Of a stretch of 64,000 bases of DNA, positions 10,208 to 19,686 are shown one piece after another. The first letter of the stretch is position 1; every line of letters starts with the position of its first letter. The notes below the pieces were generated by a model. It was given only the letters and a program-made list of their open reading frames with translations, did no database searches and had not been told where the DNA came from. This DNA is from Candidatus Margulisiibacteriota bacterium. Its GTDB lineage: Bacteria; Margulisbacteria; Marinamargulisbacteria; JBFWNS01. Made by a program: the position numbers and the translations under genes. Location: positions 225,673-289,672 of the forward strand of contig JBFWNS010000002.1 in NCBI GenBank assembly GCA_050250935.1. The letters are read 5' to 3'.

Positions 10208-11107
10208 CTACGTATCTAGCCACCGAGTTACTTCTAAAATCCCCAGCAAAACACCCCCGGAAACGGTGTTAAAACCCACTCTGGCCATCAAGCCCACTCC
10301 CATCATCTTTCGTAATTGCGTTACAGAACCCGTTTTTAAAAAATAAGTGTGTGCTCTTTTTAGTTCGGCCATGATCTCCGAGAGTTTTTCCCCTTGTTTT
10401 AGTCGCGTTGAAATCAAATCTGCTGGGTGATTAATGATCGTTGCAACACCGCCTAAACCAATGCCATATCCTGTTTGAACCCATATATTGTCTTTGCCAT
10501 TTGGAAAAAGATGATGATTGAGGTACCAAGTTCCCATAAAAAACGGGATGTTCCAGCTGATATCGGCGACCACCAGGGTCAAAAAACCTCGGTGTATCAC
10601 AGGCCCTGCATGTTTTAAGGCTTCCCCCAGACCACAGCGTCTTTGCGCTGCAACGGCTAGCCCCACTTCGCTGAATTGCCGCCATGTGGCCTCGGGAAGG
10701 GAGGCCCCCGTAATGCTGATAACTTGAGCTAAGCCCGATGAATGCCCTTCTTTAAAATGCTCCTTAAAATATTCTCTAAACCCAAAAAAAAGGGCTCCCC
10801 CAGGTACGCTCCATGCCGAAAAACCGATGCCTGGCCCAATGGTTCGACTCACCCTAAACCAAAAAGGCCGTTTCTGATGGGAAACAACTTGACGCACCAC
10901 CTGAGCTTGGCGCGCTCGCAGTATCAGTGGAAATGACGCTAAATTCGCCCCAAAAGTAGCCGTACCCCCTTCTGCCCCTTTTACAATACAATCCCAAAGA
11001 TTGGGTGTAGAAGGAGCCTTTGGATTTGGATCTGATTCATTTCGAAAACCCCATTGTGCTGTTCTAGAACTAGCATGGGCAACAGCAGGAACGGCGGCAA
11101 GACTCAT
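10208..11107 (-). CDS. Mitochondrial carrier family (SLC25)-like membrane protein
   Basis: 299 aa from ATG at 11107 (RBS AAAGGAG). Three-repeat carrier pattern: FPLILRARQAQ...VPGGALFFGFREYFK; IHRGFLTLVVADISWNIPFF; GGVATIINHPADLISTRLKQ (Px[DE]xxxR-like); GLMARV...GGVLLGILE. Confidence 0.72.
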   Translation of the reverse strand: MSLAAVPAVAHASSRTAQWGFRNESDPNPKAPSTPNLWDCIVKGAEGGTATFGANLASFPLILRARQAQVVRQVVSHQKRPFWFRVSRTIGPGIGFSAWSVPGGALFFGFREYFKEHFKEGHSSGLAQVISITGASLPEATWRQFSEVGLAVAAQRRCGLGEALKHAGPVIHRGFLTLVVADISWNIPFFMGTWYLNHHLFPNGKDNIWVQTGYGIGLGGVATIINHPADLISTRLKQGEKLSEIMAELKRAHTYFLKTGSVTQLRKMMGVGLMARVGFNTVSGGVLLGILEVTRWLDT

Positions 11108-11265
11108 GTCAAACTCCTTTAATTTGGAGGCCATCCTACCGAACATCTCTACAATCAATCAATAGCAAGGAATTTTTATTTTTTTTTACAAAAAATTCCA
11201 CTTTATTGATTTTTAATAAATTGATGCGTAGCATGACTGTTTTATCTTGTGTAAAGGGTTTTGAC

Positions 11266-12513
11266 ATGGGTTTTGCCAGTGCTGTTAGGGCTGCAGGTGT
11301 AGCCGCCTCACGTTTGACGTTACCAACTATCCGAGTAATCGCCAGACGCTGTTCTGACCATACTAGGGCTTTAGCTCGACCATCGGCTTTGGCTTTTTTG
11401 GACCGGTTTTCACACCCGCTCCCCCCCGATGTGGCTGCTTTTGTTCAAACTTGGCCAACCCGTTCCCTTCAAATTGACGATGTGTTTCGGGATTATTATC
11501 AAAACAGCGGGGACAAGGATTTTTCCTTGGAAACTTTGGAAGAAATCGCTCGGTTAAGTGCTTGTTTAATGGGTCCTGGCCGGGTTGAACTGGGGTCTTT
11601 TATTCGAGAACCCGCGCTAGGATCTCCACACCTTTTTAAACGAATGAACTACATGGCAACCCTTGCTGATAAATTGGTTCGTTTTCCCGAAGAAAGTCGG
11701 GGTCTTTTTCATGCTTTGGTGGCCCCGCATGTCCATCATTTTAGACGGTTTTCGGCCACGGCTACCTTTTTATCTGCGGCAGGTGTTGTTTTACACCCCT
11801 CGATTCCCCTGACTGCCAACCCCATTTATGCGGCCAGAAATTTAAAAATGTCCCCAGAAATGGCCTTAAAAGGGGCTTTGGACGGACTTTCTGAAATCGA
11901 TCCAAAGCTGTCCGTTGTGGTGTATTTTTCGGGCACACACGGCGTGAATGGTTTTCCCGGTGACTACCTCAATGAAGCCCGACAGATGTTTACCCAACTT
12001 CGACAAACAAACCGCGATATTTACTTTAATTATGGGGACACGACCGGGGAAGCTTCTCCAAAGATGATTCGGAAAGTGATTCAAGCTTTACTAGAAGATG
12101 GTGTTTCAGCAGACCACATTTATTTTCATTTTCACTTTAACCCGCGCTGGTCTCTCAGACAAAATCTGATTCTGCTTTCTGCCAAGGTTGGTGTTGCGAT
12201 GGCCATGGGTGTTCGAAAGTTTGATTGTAATGCGTTCGGAGAGGGTGGAAGCCCGCTGAATCCCCAACAGGGGCCGAATGGTAACGTTGGCATGAGTTAT
12301 TTTATTGGATTGGCCCAAGCCTTGAATTTATCGGTTAATGGTAACCTCGGCTCGGTCGAACATAGGACCCGTTTTTTAACCCAAACCTTTGAGTATCAAG
12401 ACTATCTCAATGAGCGCTTAGCCGTCCCAGTACAGGATATCGTGGCAACCCACCTACAACCGGCTTGGTTGGTAGACGGGTTGCGAATCGCTGCCCAAAC
12501 CGTTTCGGGTTAG
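11266..12513 (+). CDS. HMG-CoA lyase-like (DRE-TIM metallolyase) protein, divergent, with Arg/Ala-rich N-terminal extension
   Basis: FRDYYQN (cf. RDGLQN), [30 protein letters not shown] (cf. GLGGCP), GNV. Confidence 0.7.
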   Translation: MGFASAVRAAGVAASRLTLPTIRVIARRCSDHTRALARPSALAFLDRFSHPLPPDVAAFVQTWPTRSLQIDDVFRDYYQNSGDKDFSLETLEEIARLSACLMGPGRVELGSFIREPALGSPHLFKRMNYMATLADKLVRFPEESRGLFHALVAPHVHHFRRFSATATFLSAAGVVLHPSIPLTANPIYAARNLKMSPEMALKGALDGLSEIDPKLSVVVYFSGTHGVNGFPGDYLNEARQMFTQLRQTNRDIYFNYGDTTGEASPKMIRKVIQALLEDGVSADHIYFHFHFNPRWSLRQNLILLSAKVGVAMAMGVRKFDCNAFGEGGSPLNPQQGPNGNVGMSYFIGLAQALNLSVNGNLGSVEHRTRFLTQTFEYQDYLNERLAVPVQDIVATHLQPAWLVDGLRIAAQTVSG

Positions 12514-13907
12514 CGGGGTTTTAGCATGTCCTCGGGCTTCACATAAGCCTCAAATTGCTCTGCGGTTAAATAGCCCAATGCCAAACAGGCTGCTTTTAAA
12601 GAGGTGTGTTCTTTGTAGGCTTTTTTGGCCACTTGAGCCGCTTTGTCATAGCCGATGTGGGGATTTAGGGCCGTAACCAACATCAGCGAATTTTCAACGT
12701 AGTGGCCGATTTGTTTGTGATTCACTTCGATGCCCACCACGCAGTGCTCTACAAAATGGTGCATGGCGTCGCTCATCAGACGGATGGAATGCAAAACATT
12801 ATGAATCATAACGGGTTTAAACACGTTTAATTCGAAATTGCCTTGGGTCCCAGCAAAACCCACTGCTGCGTCGTTGCCGATGACCTGAACACAAACCATG
12901 GTCATGGCTTCGGATTGGGTGGGGTTCACTTTACCCGGCATAATGGACGAACCGGGCTCGTTTTCAGGCAAGGTAATTTCGGCCAACCCACAGCGAGGAC
13001 CAGAGCCCAACCAGCGAATGTCGTTGGCGATTTTCATTAGAGCGCAGGCCAAGGTTTTTAAAGCCCCACTGGTAAACACCAAGGCTTCGTGGCTGGCCAA
13101 AGCAGCAAATTTATTGGGGGCTGTCACAAACGGCAAATTGGTCAATTCGGCGATGCGCTTGGCGCCTTTTTCGGCAAATTGTGGATGGGTGTTTAAACCG
13201 GTTCCAACCGCCGTTCCACCCAAGGCCAATTCGTACAAACCGGGCAAGGTTTTTTTAACCGCATCAATGGCAAAATCCAACTGAGCCACATAGCCAGAAA
13301 ACTCTTGACCCAAAGTCAAAGGAACCGCGTCCATCAAATGGGTTCTGCCAATTTTAACGATGCTGGCAAATTCCTTTTCTTTGGCATGCAAGGCATCTCG
13401 AAGTTCTTTGGCGGCGGGTAGCAAGGCATGCACCACTTGTTCGGCGGCAGCAATGTGCATGGCGGTTGGGAAGGTGTCGTTGGAGGATTGAGACATGTTC
13501 ACATCATCGTTGGGATGCACGGGTTTTTTACTGCCCATTTCGCCGCCAGCAATTTCGATGGCGCGGTTGGAAATGACTTCGTTGCTGTTCATGTTGGTTT
13601 GGGTACCGCTTCCGGTCTGCCAAACCCGCAACGGAAAATGATCGTCGAGCTTACCGGCGATCACTTCGTCGGCGGCTTTAACAATCAGGTCTTTTTTTTC
13701 GGCGGGCATTTTGCCCAATTCTGAGTTTACTTCGGCTGCGGCTCTTTTCAGAATGCCTAGGGCGCGAATCATTTCTCGGGGCATCACATCGTGGCCGATG
13801 CCAAAATGGATCAAAGACCGGGCGGTTTGGGCCCCCCAGTACCGGTCGGTGGGCACTTCAATTTGCCCCATGGTGTCGGATTCAATGCGCACGGGTGTGG
13901 TTGTCAT
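12510..13907 (-). CDS. fumC: Fumarate hydratase class II
   Basis: [35 protein letters not shown]; start set at MTTTP. Confidence 0.98.
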   Translation of the reverse strand: MTTTPVRIESDTMGQIEVPTDRYWGAQTARSLIHFGIGHDVMPREMIRALGILKRAAAEVNSELGKMPAEKKDLIVKAADEVIAGKLDDHFPLRVWQTGSGTQTNMNSNEVISNRAIEIAGGEMGSKKPVHPNDDVNMSQSSNDTFPTAMHIAAAEQVVHALLPAAKELRDALHAKEKEFASIVKIGRTHLMDAVPLTLGQEFSGYVAQLDFAIDAVKKTLPGLYELALGGTAVGTGLNTHPQFAEKGAKRIAELTNLPFVTAPNKFAALASHEALVFTSGALKTLACALMKIANDIRWLGSGPRCGLAEITLPENEPGSSIMPGKVNPTQSEAMTMVCVQVIGNDAAVGFAGTQGNFELNVFKPVMIHNVLHSIRLMSDAMHHFVEHCVVGIEVNHKQIGHYVENSLMLVTALNPHIGYDKAAQVAKKAYKEHTSLKAACLALGYLTAEQFEAYVKPEDMLKPR

Positions 13908-14148
13908 GGTGTTTTCCTCGCTTTTGATTGGGGTAATAAGAAGTCGGATCTCGCGTGATCCGTAATAAGACCGAAAGCCCACCAATTCTCACAGAATCAG
14001 CGGGCTTTCGATGTTTTGAATAGTACTCTGTTTGGAGCTTGGTTTCAACCCATCTGTTGACCTTTAAATGGGACTATATTAGTTTCTTGCAATCCCCGTT
14101 TTTGGCGATTGTTAATTTCGGGAGAAATTTTTTTGGGAGGATCTGTCT

Positions 14149-14517
14149 ATGAAAGGGTTGTCAACGGCTGGGCGTGTTTTATATGCCATTCCGATGGGCA
14201 TTTTTGGGGTCGAGCATTTTATGTATGCGAAGATGATGACAGGGATTGTGCCTTCTTATTTTCCTCATCCAACCGTTTGGATTTATCTGACCGGTGCTGG
14301 CTTAATTGCCGCTTGTATTAGTATTCTGATTAACAAACACACCAAGTTGGCTTGTTTGGCCTTGGCCGCCATGCTGGCTGTGTTTATTCTGACCTTGCAT
14401 ATTCCTGGGCTAAGTTCCCCAGAACACATGCAAATGTCCCTGATTAGCCTGCTTAAAGACGTGGCCTTAATTGGTGGTGCTTTAATTATTGCTGCTCAGA
14501 GCGAAAACGCCGCTTAA
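14149..14517 (+). CDS. DoxX-like membrane protein
   Basis: GRVLYAIPMGIFGVEHF, four hydrophobic segments, LLKDVALIGGAL. Confidence 0.75.
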   Translation: MKGLSTAGRVLYAIPMGIFGVEHFMYAKMMTGIVPSYFPHPTVWIYLTGAGLIAACISILINKHTKLACLALAAMLAVFILTLHIPGLSSPEHMQMSLISLLKDVALIGGALIIAAQSENAA

Positions 14518-14531
14518 TTTTTGATTCTCCA

Positions 14532-14558
14532 GTGGGGTTGCTGTTGAGGCAGCCCCAC
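14532..14558 (+). terminator. GC-rich hairpin after the DoxX-like gene
   Basis: GTGGGGTTGCT...GGCAGCCCCAC stem; weak U tract. Confidence 0.4.
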
Positions 14559-14579
14559 ACGGTTTAACTGATTTTGATT

Positions 14580-15815
14580 ATGAACACACCCAAACCCATC
14601 AACGAAAAATTACTGCTACTAACCCTTGCCGCCATTCAGTTTAACCACATTCTCGACTTTGTGATTATGATGCCTTTGGGGCCTCAGCTGATGCGGTATT
14701 TTGCCATTACGCCCCATCAATTCGGGATGGCGGTCTCGGCTTACACCTTTAGTGCCAGTATTTTTGGGCTGATTGGCGCCTTTGTGATTGATCGATTCGA
14801 CCGCAAAAAACTGCTTTTAACCCTGTCACTCGGCTTTACCCTTGGGACGCTGCTGTGCGGATTTGCCACGCATTTTCATATTCTGCTTTTGGCTCGGATT
14901 TTAACAGGGGCTTTTGGCGGCGTCGCCAGTTCGGTGGTGTTGTCGATTATTGGGGATGTGATTCCCGAACAACGCCGAGCCGCCGCCACCGGGATTGTGA
15001 TGGCCTCTTTTTCGTTGGCTTCGGTAACGGGAGTTCCTTTGGGCATTTATTTGGCAGCCCGGTTTAATTGGCATATCCCCTTCTTTTGCATTGCGGGTTC
15101 CAGTTTGTTGGGGTTTTTGTTGGGGCTAAGAAGCTTGCCTAGCATGACATCCCATAAAGACAGCGGACTTTCCCATCCCGCAGACTTGTTTAAAACCATT
15201 TTTACCCTCCCCTCTGCCCGCTGGGCCTTGGCCTTGGGCATGATGGTGATGTTTGCAGGATTTTCAGTGATTCCCTTTATTAGCCCGTATATGGTGGCCA
15301 ATTTGGGGGTCAAAGAATCCCAGTTGTCGTACATGTATTTGGCTGGTGGGCTGTTAACCTTTTTTTCTTCCCAGTGGGTGGGTAAATTGGCAGATCGGTT
15401 TGGAAAACCCAAGGTTTTTGCCATTCTCTCGTCTGTGGCTTTAATTCCCATTTTGTGGATCACCCACATGACCTCGCATAATTTGGCCTTAATTTTATTT
15501 GTTTCGAGCTTCTTTTTTGTATTTGTTTCGGGCCGGGCTGTGCCTGCTTTGGCCATGATTACCACCGCCATTCCGCCCAACAAACGCGGCGGATTTATGA
15601 GCATCAATTCCTGCCTTCAACAATTGGCCTGTGGATTGGCCGCCTATTTGGCTGGGGTGATCATCCAAAAAGCCCCTAGTGGCGAATTGCTACAGTTTGG
15701 CCACGTGGGCGCCATTGCTGCTTTAAGTTCTTTGGTGGCCATGGCCATCGGGTTTATGATTAAACCCTTCCACCACTATTCCGAACCTGCCGCCCCAACC
15801 GATTCGGTAAACTAG
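14580..15815 (+). CDS. MFS transporter (DHA1-like)
   Basis: About 12 TM segments, DRFDRKK and GKLADRFGK motifs. Confidence 0.9.
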   Translation: MNTPKPINEKLLLLTLAAIQFNHILDFVIMMPLGPQLMRYFAITPHQFGMAVSAYTFSASIFGLIGAFVIDRFDRKKLLLTLSLGFTLGTLLCGFATHFHILLLARILTGAFGGVASSVVLSIIGDVIPEQRRAAATGIVMASFSLASVTGVPLGIYLAARFNWHIPFFCIAGSSLLGFLLGLRSLPSMTSHKDSGLSHPADLFKTIFTLPSARWALALGMMVMFAGFSVIPFISPYMVANLGVKESQLSYMYLAGGLLTFFSSQWVGKLADRFGKPKVFAILSSVALIPILWITHMTSHNLALILFVSSFFFVFVSGRAVPALAMITTAIPPNKRGGFMSINSCLQQLACGLAAYLAGVIIQKAPSGELLQFGHVGAIAALSSLVAMAIGFMIKPFHHYSEPAAPTDSVN

Positions 15816-17764
15816 CGCGCCCGAAGCACAGCTCCAAGGCTTCGCCCAACCGATTCAGAACACGCCATTCGAGGCAAAGACAACGCCTGTGCCCCCGGCA
15901 AAATTCTGGAACTGAGCTGCCCAGACAAAGACCCCATGGTGTTGGCCAACCCCATCACTTGATTTTGAGCAGACGCATAGGATCTGGCCAAATTAGAGTT
16001 TTGAATTTTGCTAAGCAAGCCACTTCCAGATTCTTTGATCCACAGGTTTTTAACCATTTGGGCAAAGTCCGGCAAACTCATTACCGACAAAATATTCCAC
16101 ATCGTATTGAAGTAGTCGCTGATATGCCCCATTGCCTTGTCCATGGCCATCAGCTGAGGCGCCATCGATCCGGCACCAGCGCCTGCCAAAACGGACACCA
16201 ATTCAGGATCATCTTGCAGTTGAAACGCCATGACACTTTCGTTGTAGAGCCGTTCAAATGCATCCAGGGTTGTGGGTGTAGGATGGGAGCCAGCGTTCAT
16301 TACCCGCTGGATGGACGACCATTGGTCAAACACGATTTTGATGCTGGTTTTGGCCGCATTGGCATAAAACAGGGCCGACTTAACCCGGACCATAAACTCT
16401 TGAACCATATCGGTTGAAAAAACAAGCTCCGTGTCCACGGATTGTTCTTGGTGAATGTCGGTGATGAGGTTCAAATCGGCTTCGATCATCTGCATCACTT
16501 CTGGGGTGATGGCCGCACCTTCGATACTGCCACCTGCCACAAGCTCGGGATCGAACATATGGATTTGATTTTTGGTGTGATAGACCATCCACATAAACAG
16601 AAAATCCAAGTCCGAAGAAAACAAGGACGGATTGCCAAAGGGACAAGCTTCCAAAAAGGGATCATAGACCACTTCTTCTGACTCTGGGTTGAATTTTTGT
16701 GGGGCTTCCATTTGGAGGTTATCCAGTAACAACCGGGTTCTGGACAAACCAAACCGAAGCACACGACCCGATTCGTCTTCACCCGCAAAAACCAAATTAA
16801 AACTGACCAATGGCGCAAAGGGTACCACCCCTTGTGGTGTGCACAGGGCCAAAGGCTGAACGGATTGGAACAAAGAGACCGAGACCCGTTTAAACGGAAC
16901 CCCAGATTGGGCAGCGGTCATCGTCATGGCGCTTGGGCCTGAAGGCGACATGAACAATTGTCGTCGCACATTGCCAGCTGCGGTTTCTGCGACATGTTGA
17001 AATTGCATAAACGCCGATAATTCTGGGCTGTCTGGAGAAGGAGCAGCCGAGTTTCGTTCCGCCCGTGCTTGGTTGTAACGTCCTGCTTGGCGATTCCAAC
17101 GGCTGGCTGCTGGCCCGGTGTCCGGATTCAAAATCGAAAACAGCCGGGAAGCCGACTGAACTTGTTGGGCGTGTTGTTGAAACGCCGGCAGAATTTCTAA
17201 AAAGGTTTGGCAAGCGTCCATCATGCCGGCCAAGGTCGATTCGGTTTGTCCCAACCACGATTCCAAGCGCACCAATTGGCCTTCCCAAGCCGCTGGAACC
17301 GATTGCAATACCTGCTCGGCCTTGGATTTTAACGCTTCGAGCTGGGCATCCCGAACTTGGCTTGGGGAACGGGCCAACAATTCGGTGGCTTCTTCAAACA
17401 AATATTGAAACTGACTAAAAAACCGAAAAACTTGCTGGTGATCGGCTGGGGCTGCCCCATCCACCGACACCCCACACAAATCGGCCAAGGCACTGGGCAA
17501 GCTCCCACCCAGTGGTTCTGGCGCCATCGGATAGTCGGCACTGATGCGCTGCCAAAACACCCGAGACTCGTTTAAAAACAATTGCATGGACCCCGACAGG
17601 CGCTCGGACAAACTGGGCATCAGCTGGGCGATGGGCATTTCAGTTAGGTTTTGTAAGGCACTTAGGGCCGTCATGGACAGCGGCATTCCCTGACCCAAAG
17701 CAGCCACGGGCACCAGGCGCGTGGCTTCGTCTAGCTGAATGGGAACAATAGGGGCGCTACTCAT
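15812..17764 (-). CDS. Hypothetical 650 aa protein, largely helical, no recognised domain
   Basis: Long ORF with RBS GGAG; Ala/Ser/Gln/Met rich. Confidence 0.75.
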   Translation of the reverse strand: MSSAPIVPIQLDEATRLVPVAALGQGMPLSMTALSALQNLTEMPIAQLMPSLSERLSGSMQLFLNESRVFWQRISADYPMAPEPLGGSLPSALADLCGVSVDGAAPADHQQVFRFFSQFQYLFEEATELLARSPSQVRDAQLEALKSKAEQVLQSVPAAWEGQLVRLESWLGQTESTLAGMMDACQTFLEILPAFQQHAQQVQSASRLFSILNPDTGPAASRWNRQAGRYNQARAERNSAAPSPDSPELSAFMQFQHVAETAAGNVRRQLFMSPSGPSAMTMTAAQSGVPFKRVSVSLFQSVQPLALCTPQGVVPFAPLVSFNLVFAGEDESGRVLRFGLSRTRLLLDNLQMEAPQKFNPESEEVVYDPFLEACPFGNPSLFSSDLDFLFMWMVYHTKNQIHMFDPELVAGGSIEGAAITPEVMQMIEADLNLITDIHQEQSVDTELVFSTDMVQEFMVRVKSALFYANAAKTSIKIVFDQWSSIQRVMNAGSHPTPTTLDAFERLYNESVMAFQLQDDPELVSVLAGAGAGSMAPQLMAMDKAMGHISDYFNTMWNILSVMSLPDFAQMVKNLWIKESGSGLLSKIQNSNLARSYASAQNQVMGLANTMGSLSGQLSSRILPGAQALSLPRMACSESVGRSLGAVLRAR

Positions 17765-17773
17765 GGATGTCTC

Positions 17774-18151
17774 CTATTTTTTCTCATAAATCCGGGCCTT
17801 TTGGCAGTGTATGTCCGCAATGATTTTTTGGATTCTGGGCATGACTTTTTGAAAAACGTTGATATCGACTTGCTTGTGGTTCAAGGTTAAAACGCCGGCT
17901 TCAAAATCGAGGCAAAAATGGACTTTTTTAACTTGATTTTTTTCGGCTAGAACCAGTTGTTGACGGTCTAAAACGAGGCAGTAATAGCGCTGTTTAAGCA
18001 AATTTTCTTCGGTGATATTGGTAATGAACACATTTTCCATTTCCTGGGTTAGCAACAGGTTAATGGTCTGACGAAGGGACAGAATAAAGTGATGAATTTT
18101 ATCTGCAAGCGATGTTGAAGACGACGGCGTTTTGTGGCGCTGTGTAGACAT
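17774..18151 (-). CDS. Hypothetical 125 aa protein
   Basis: ORF with strong RBS (AAGGGGGG), 9 nt upstream of the 650 aa ORF. Confidence 0.7.
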   Translation of the reverse strand: MSTQRHKTPSSSTSLADKIHHFILSLRQTINLLLTQEMENVFITNITEENLLKQRYYCLVLDRQQLVLAEKNQVKKVHFCLDFEAGVLTLNHKQVDINVFQKVMPRIQKIIADIHCQKARIYEKK

Positions 18152-18278
18152 CGTTCCCCCCCTTTAAGCTCCCCAGCATGGTGCTGAATGTGCTTATACA
18201 AATACCCAAGCCAAACGGGTCCTAAACATCTAATTTCTTGAATGTCTGCATCACGGTATACTGGTGCGAATTGTTGTT

Positions 18279-18929
18279 ATGAAAACCAAAATTTCCCAAA
18301 ACAAAGCCAGAGCCCAAACCATTTTTTCTCGTCTTGCGTCCCACTATCCTGGGGTTTCGACGTTTTTAGATCACGACACGCCGTTTCAGTTGTTGATTGC
18401 GACCATTTTATCGGCCCAGTGCACGGATGCACGGGTTAATTTGGTCACACCCGCTTTATTCGAAGCGTATCCTGACGCCAAAACCATGGCCCAAGCCTCG
18501 GTGGACGAGATTCGCGAGAAAATCAAATCCATTAACTTTTGCAACAACAAAGCCATTAACTTGCTCAAAACCGCCACCCTTTTACAAGATCAGTATCAAG
18601 GCGAAGTCCCCCCGGACCTGTCGGTTTTGGTAACCTTGCCTGGTGTGGGCCGAAAAACAGCCAATGTCGTCTTGGGCCAAGCCTTTGGGCTACCCGGCAT
18701 TACAGTGGACACCCATGTGAACCGCCTGTCTCGCCGACTGGGATTTACCACCCACACCGAGGCTGTCCCCATCGAAAAAGACCTGATGCAGTTGTGGCCC
18801 AAAACCATTTGGAGCGATTTTTCGACGGTGTTGATTGTGCACGGTCGTCAGGTCTGTTTTGCCAGAAAACCCCAGTGCGAGGGGTGTTTTTTATCCGATC
18901 TTTGTCCTAGGGTTGGGGTTAACGCCTAG
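18279..18929 (+). CDS. nth: Endonuclease III
   Basis: LLIATILSAQCTD, LPGVGRKTANVVL, VDTHV, C-x6-C-x2-C-x5-C Fe-S motif. Confidence 0.96.
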   Translation: MKTKISQNKARAQTIFSRLASHYPGVSTFLDHDTPFQLLIATILSAQCTDARVNLVTPALFEAYPDAKTMAQASVDEIREKIKSINFCNNKAINLLKTATLLQDQYQGEVPPDLSVLVTLPGVGRKTANVVLGQAFGLPGITVDTHVNRLSRRLGFTTHTEAVPIEKDLMQLWPKTIWSDFSTVLIVHGRQVCFARKPQCEGCFLSDLCPRVGVNA

Positions 18930-19255
18930 TTTAAAAGGACGCCCAACTTGTCCAAAACTTCTTTTAAAATGGTAGGGGTTACCTTGTGCTTAAAGGTTGC
19001 TTTTCGGCTTCGCCAATCCAAGCTTTTCACCTGATCAGCCAAGACAACAGACACCGAGGCTTGCGCTTCAACATGGACCTCAAAAGGATAGCCTTTTATT
19101 TTAGACGTCATGGGACAAACCAAACACAAGGATGTTTTTTGATTGTACGCTTTGGGCGATAAAACCAATGCGGGACGTTTTTTAGCCTGTTCATGACCTA
19201 GGGTTGGATCAAAGTCCATCCAAACCACATCCCCTCGATCTGGGACGTAGCTCAT
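18926..19255 (-). CDS. mazF: MazF/PemK endoribonuclease toxin
   Basis: YVPDRGDVVWMDFDP, GHEQAKKRPALVLSP, LADQVKSLDW. Confidence 0.93.
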   Translation of the reverse strand: MSYVPDRGDVVWMDFDPTLGHEQAKKRPALVLSPKAYNQKTSLCLVCPMTSKIKGYPFEVHVEAQASVSVVLADQVKSLDWRSRKATFKHKVTPTILKEVLDKLGVLLN

Positions 19256-19503
19256 TCGTCGATCACCTCGGCGCCAATGGCCTTGCTTGGACCTTGTTCG
19301 GCATGAAGGTTTTCGCGGGTAATGCCGGCCAACAACCCGTCTAGGGTAACCGATTGATCCCTAGGTCGAATCACCAAGGCATTGTTTTCGATCCACAGTT
19401 CTGCTGTGGTCCCTTCGGACACATGGAGAGATTCCACGGTCTTTTTAGGGACACGAATGGACAAACTATTTCCTATTTTTACAAATTTAATAATCCCTTG
19501 CAT
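19252..19503 (-). CDS. mazE: AbrB/MazE antitoxin
   Basis: KIGNSLSIRVPK, TLDGLLAGITRENLH; overlaps the toxin start. Confidence 0.88.
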   Translation of the reverse strand: MQGIIKFVKIGNSLSIRVPKKTVESLHVSEGTTAELWIENNALVIRPRDQSVTLDGLLAGITRENLHAEQGPSKAIGAEVIDE

Positions 19504-19686
19504 ATGGACTCCTTCATCAAAAAACTCAGTTGCCGTATATACAAATATATACCAACAATCCGACTTCATCACAAGTCTTCCCTACTTGCTCTTGAGACCC
19601 GCCCCCAACCAATGGTATTTTAGAAGGTACTTATAGAGCCTACCTTTTTACTTTAACCCCATAGATCGACTTGAAGGAGAACGAGA

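Noticed and set aside
13972..14010. Hairpin CGAAAGCCC...GGGCTTTCG upstream of fumC
   Set aside because: Single copy with no recognisable riboswitch features; cannot assign a function.
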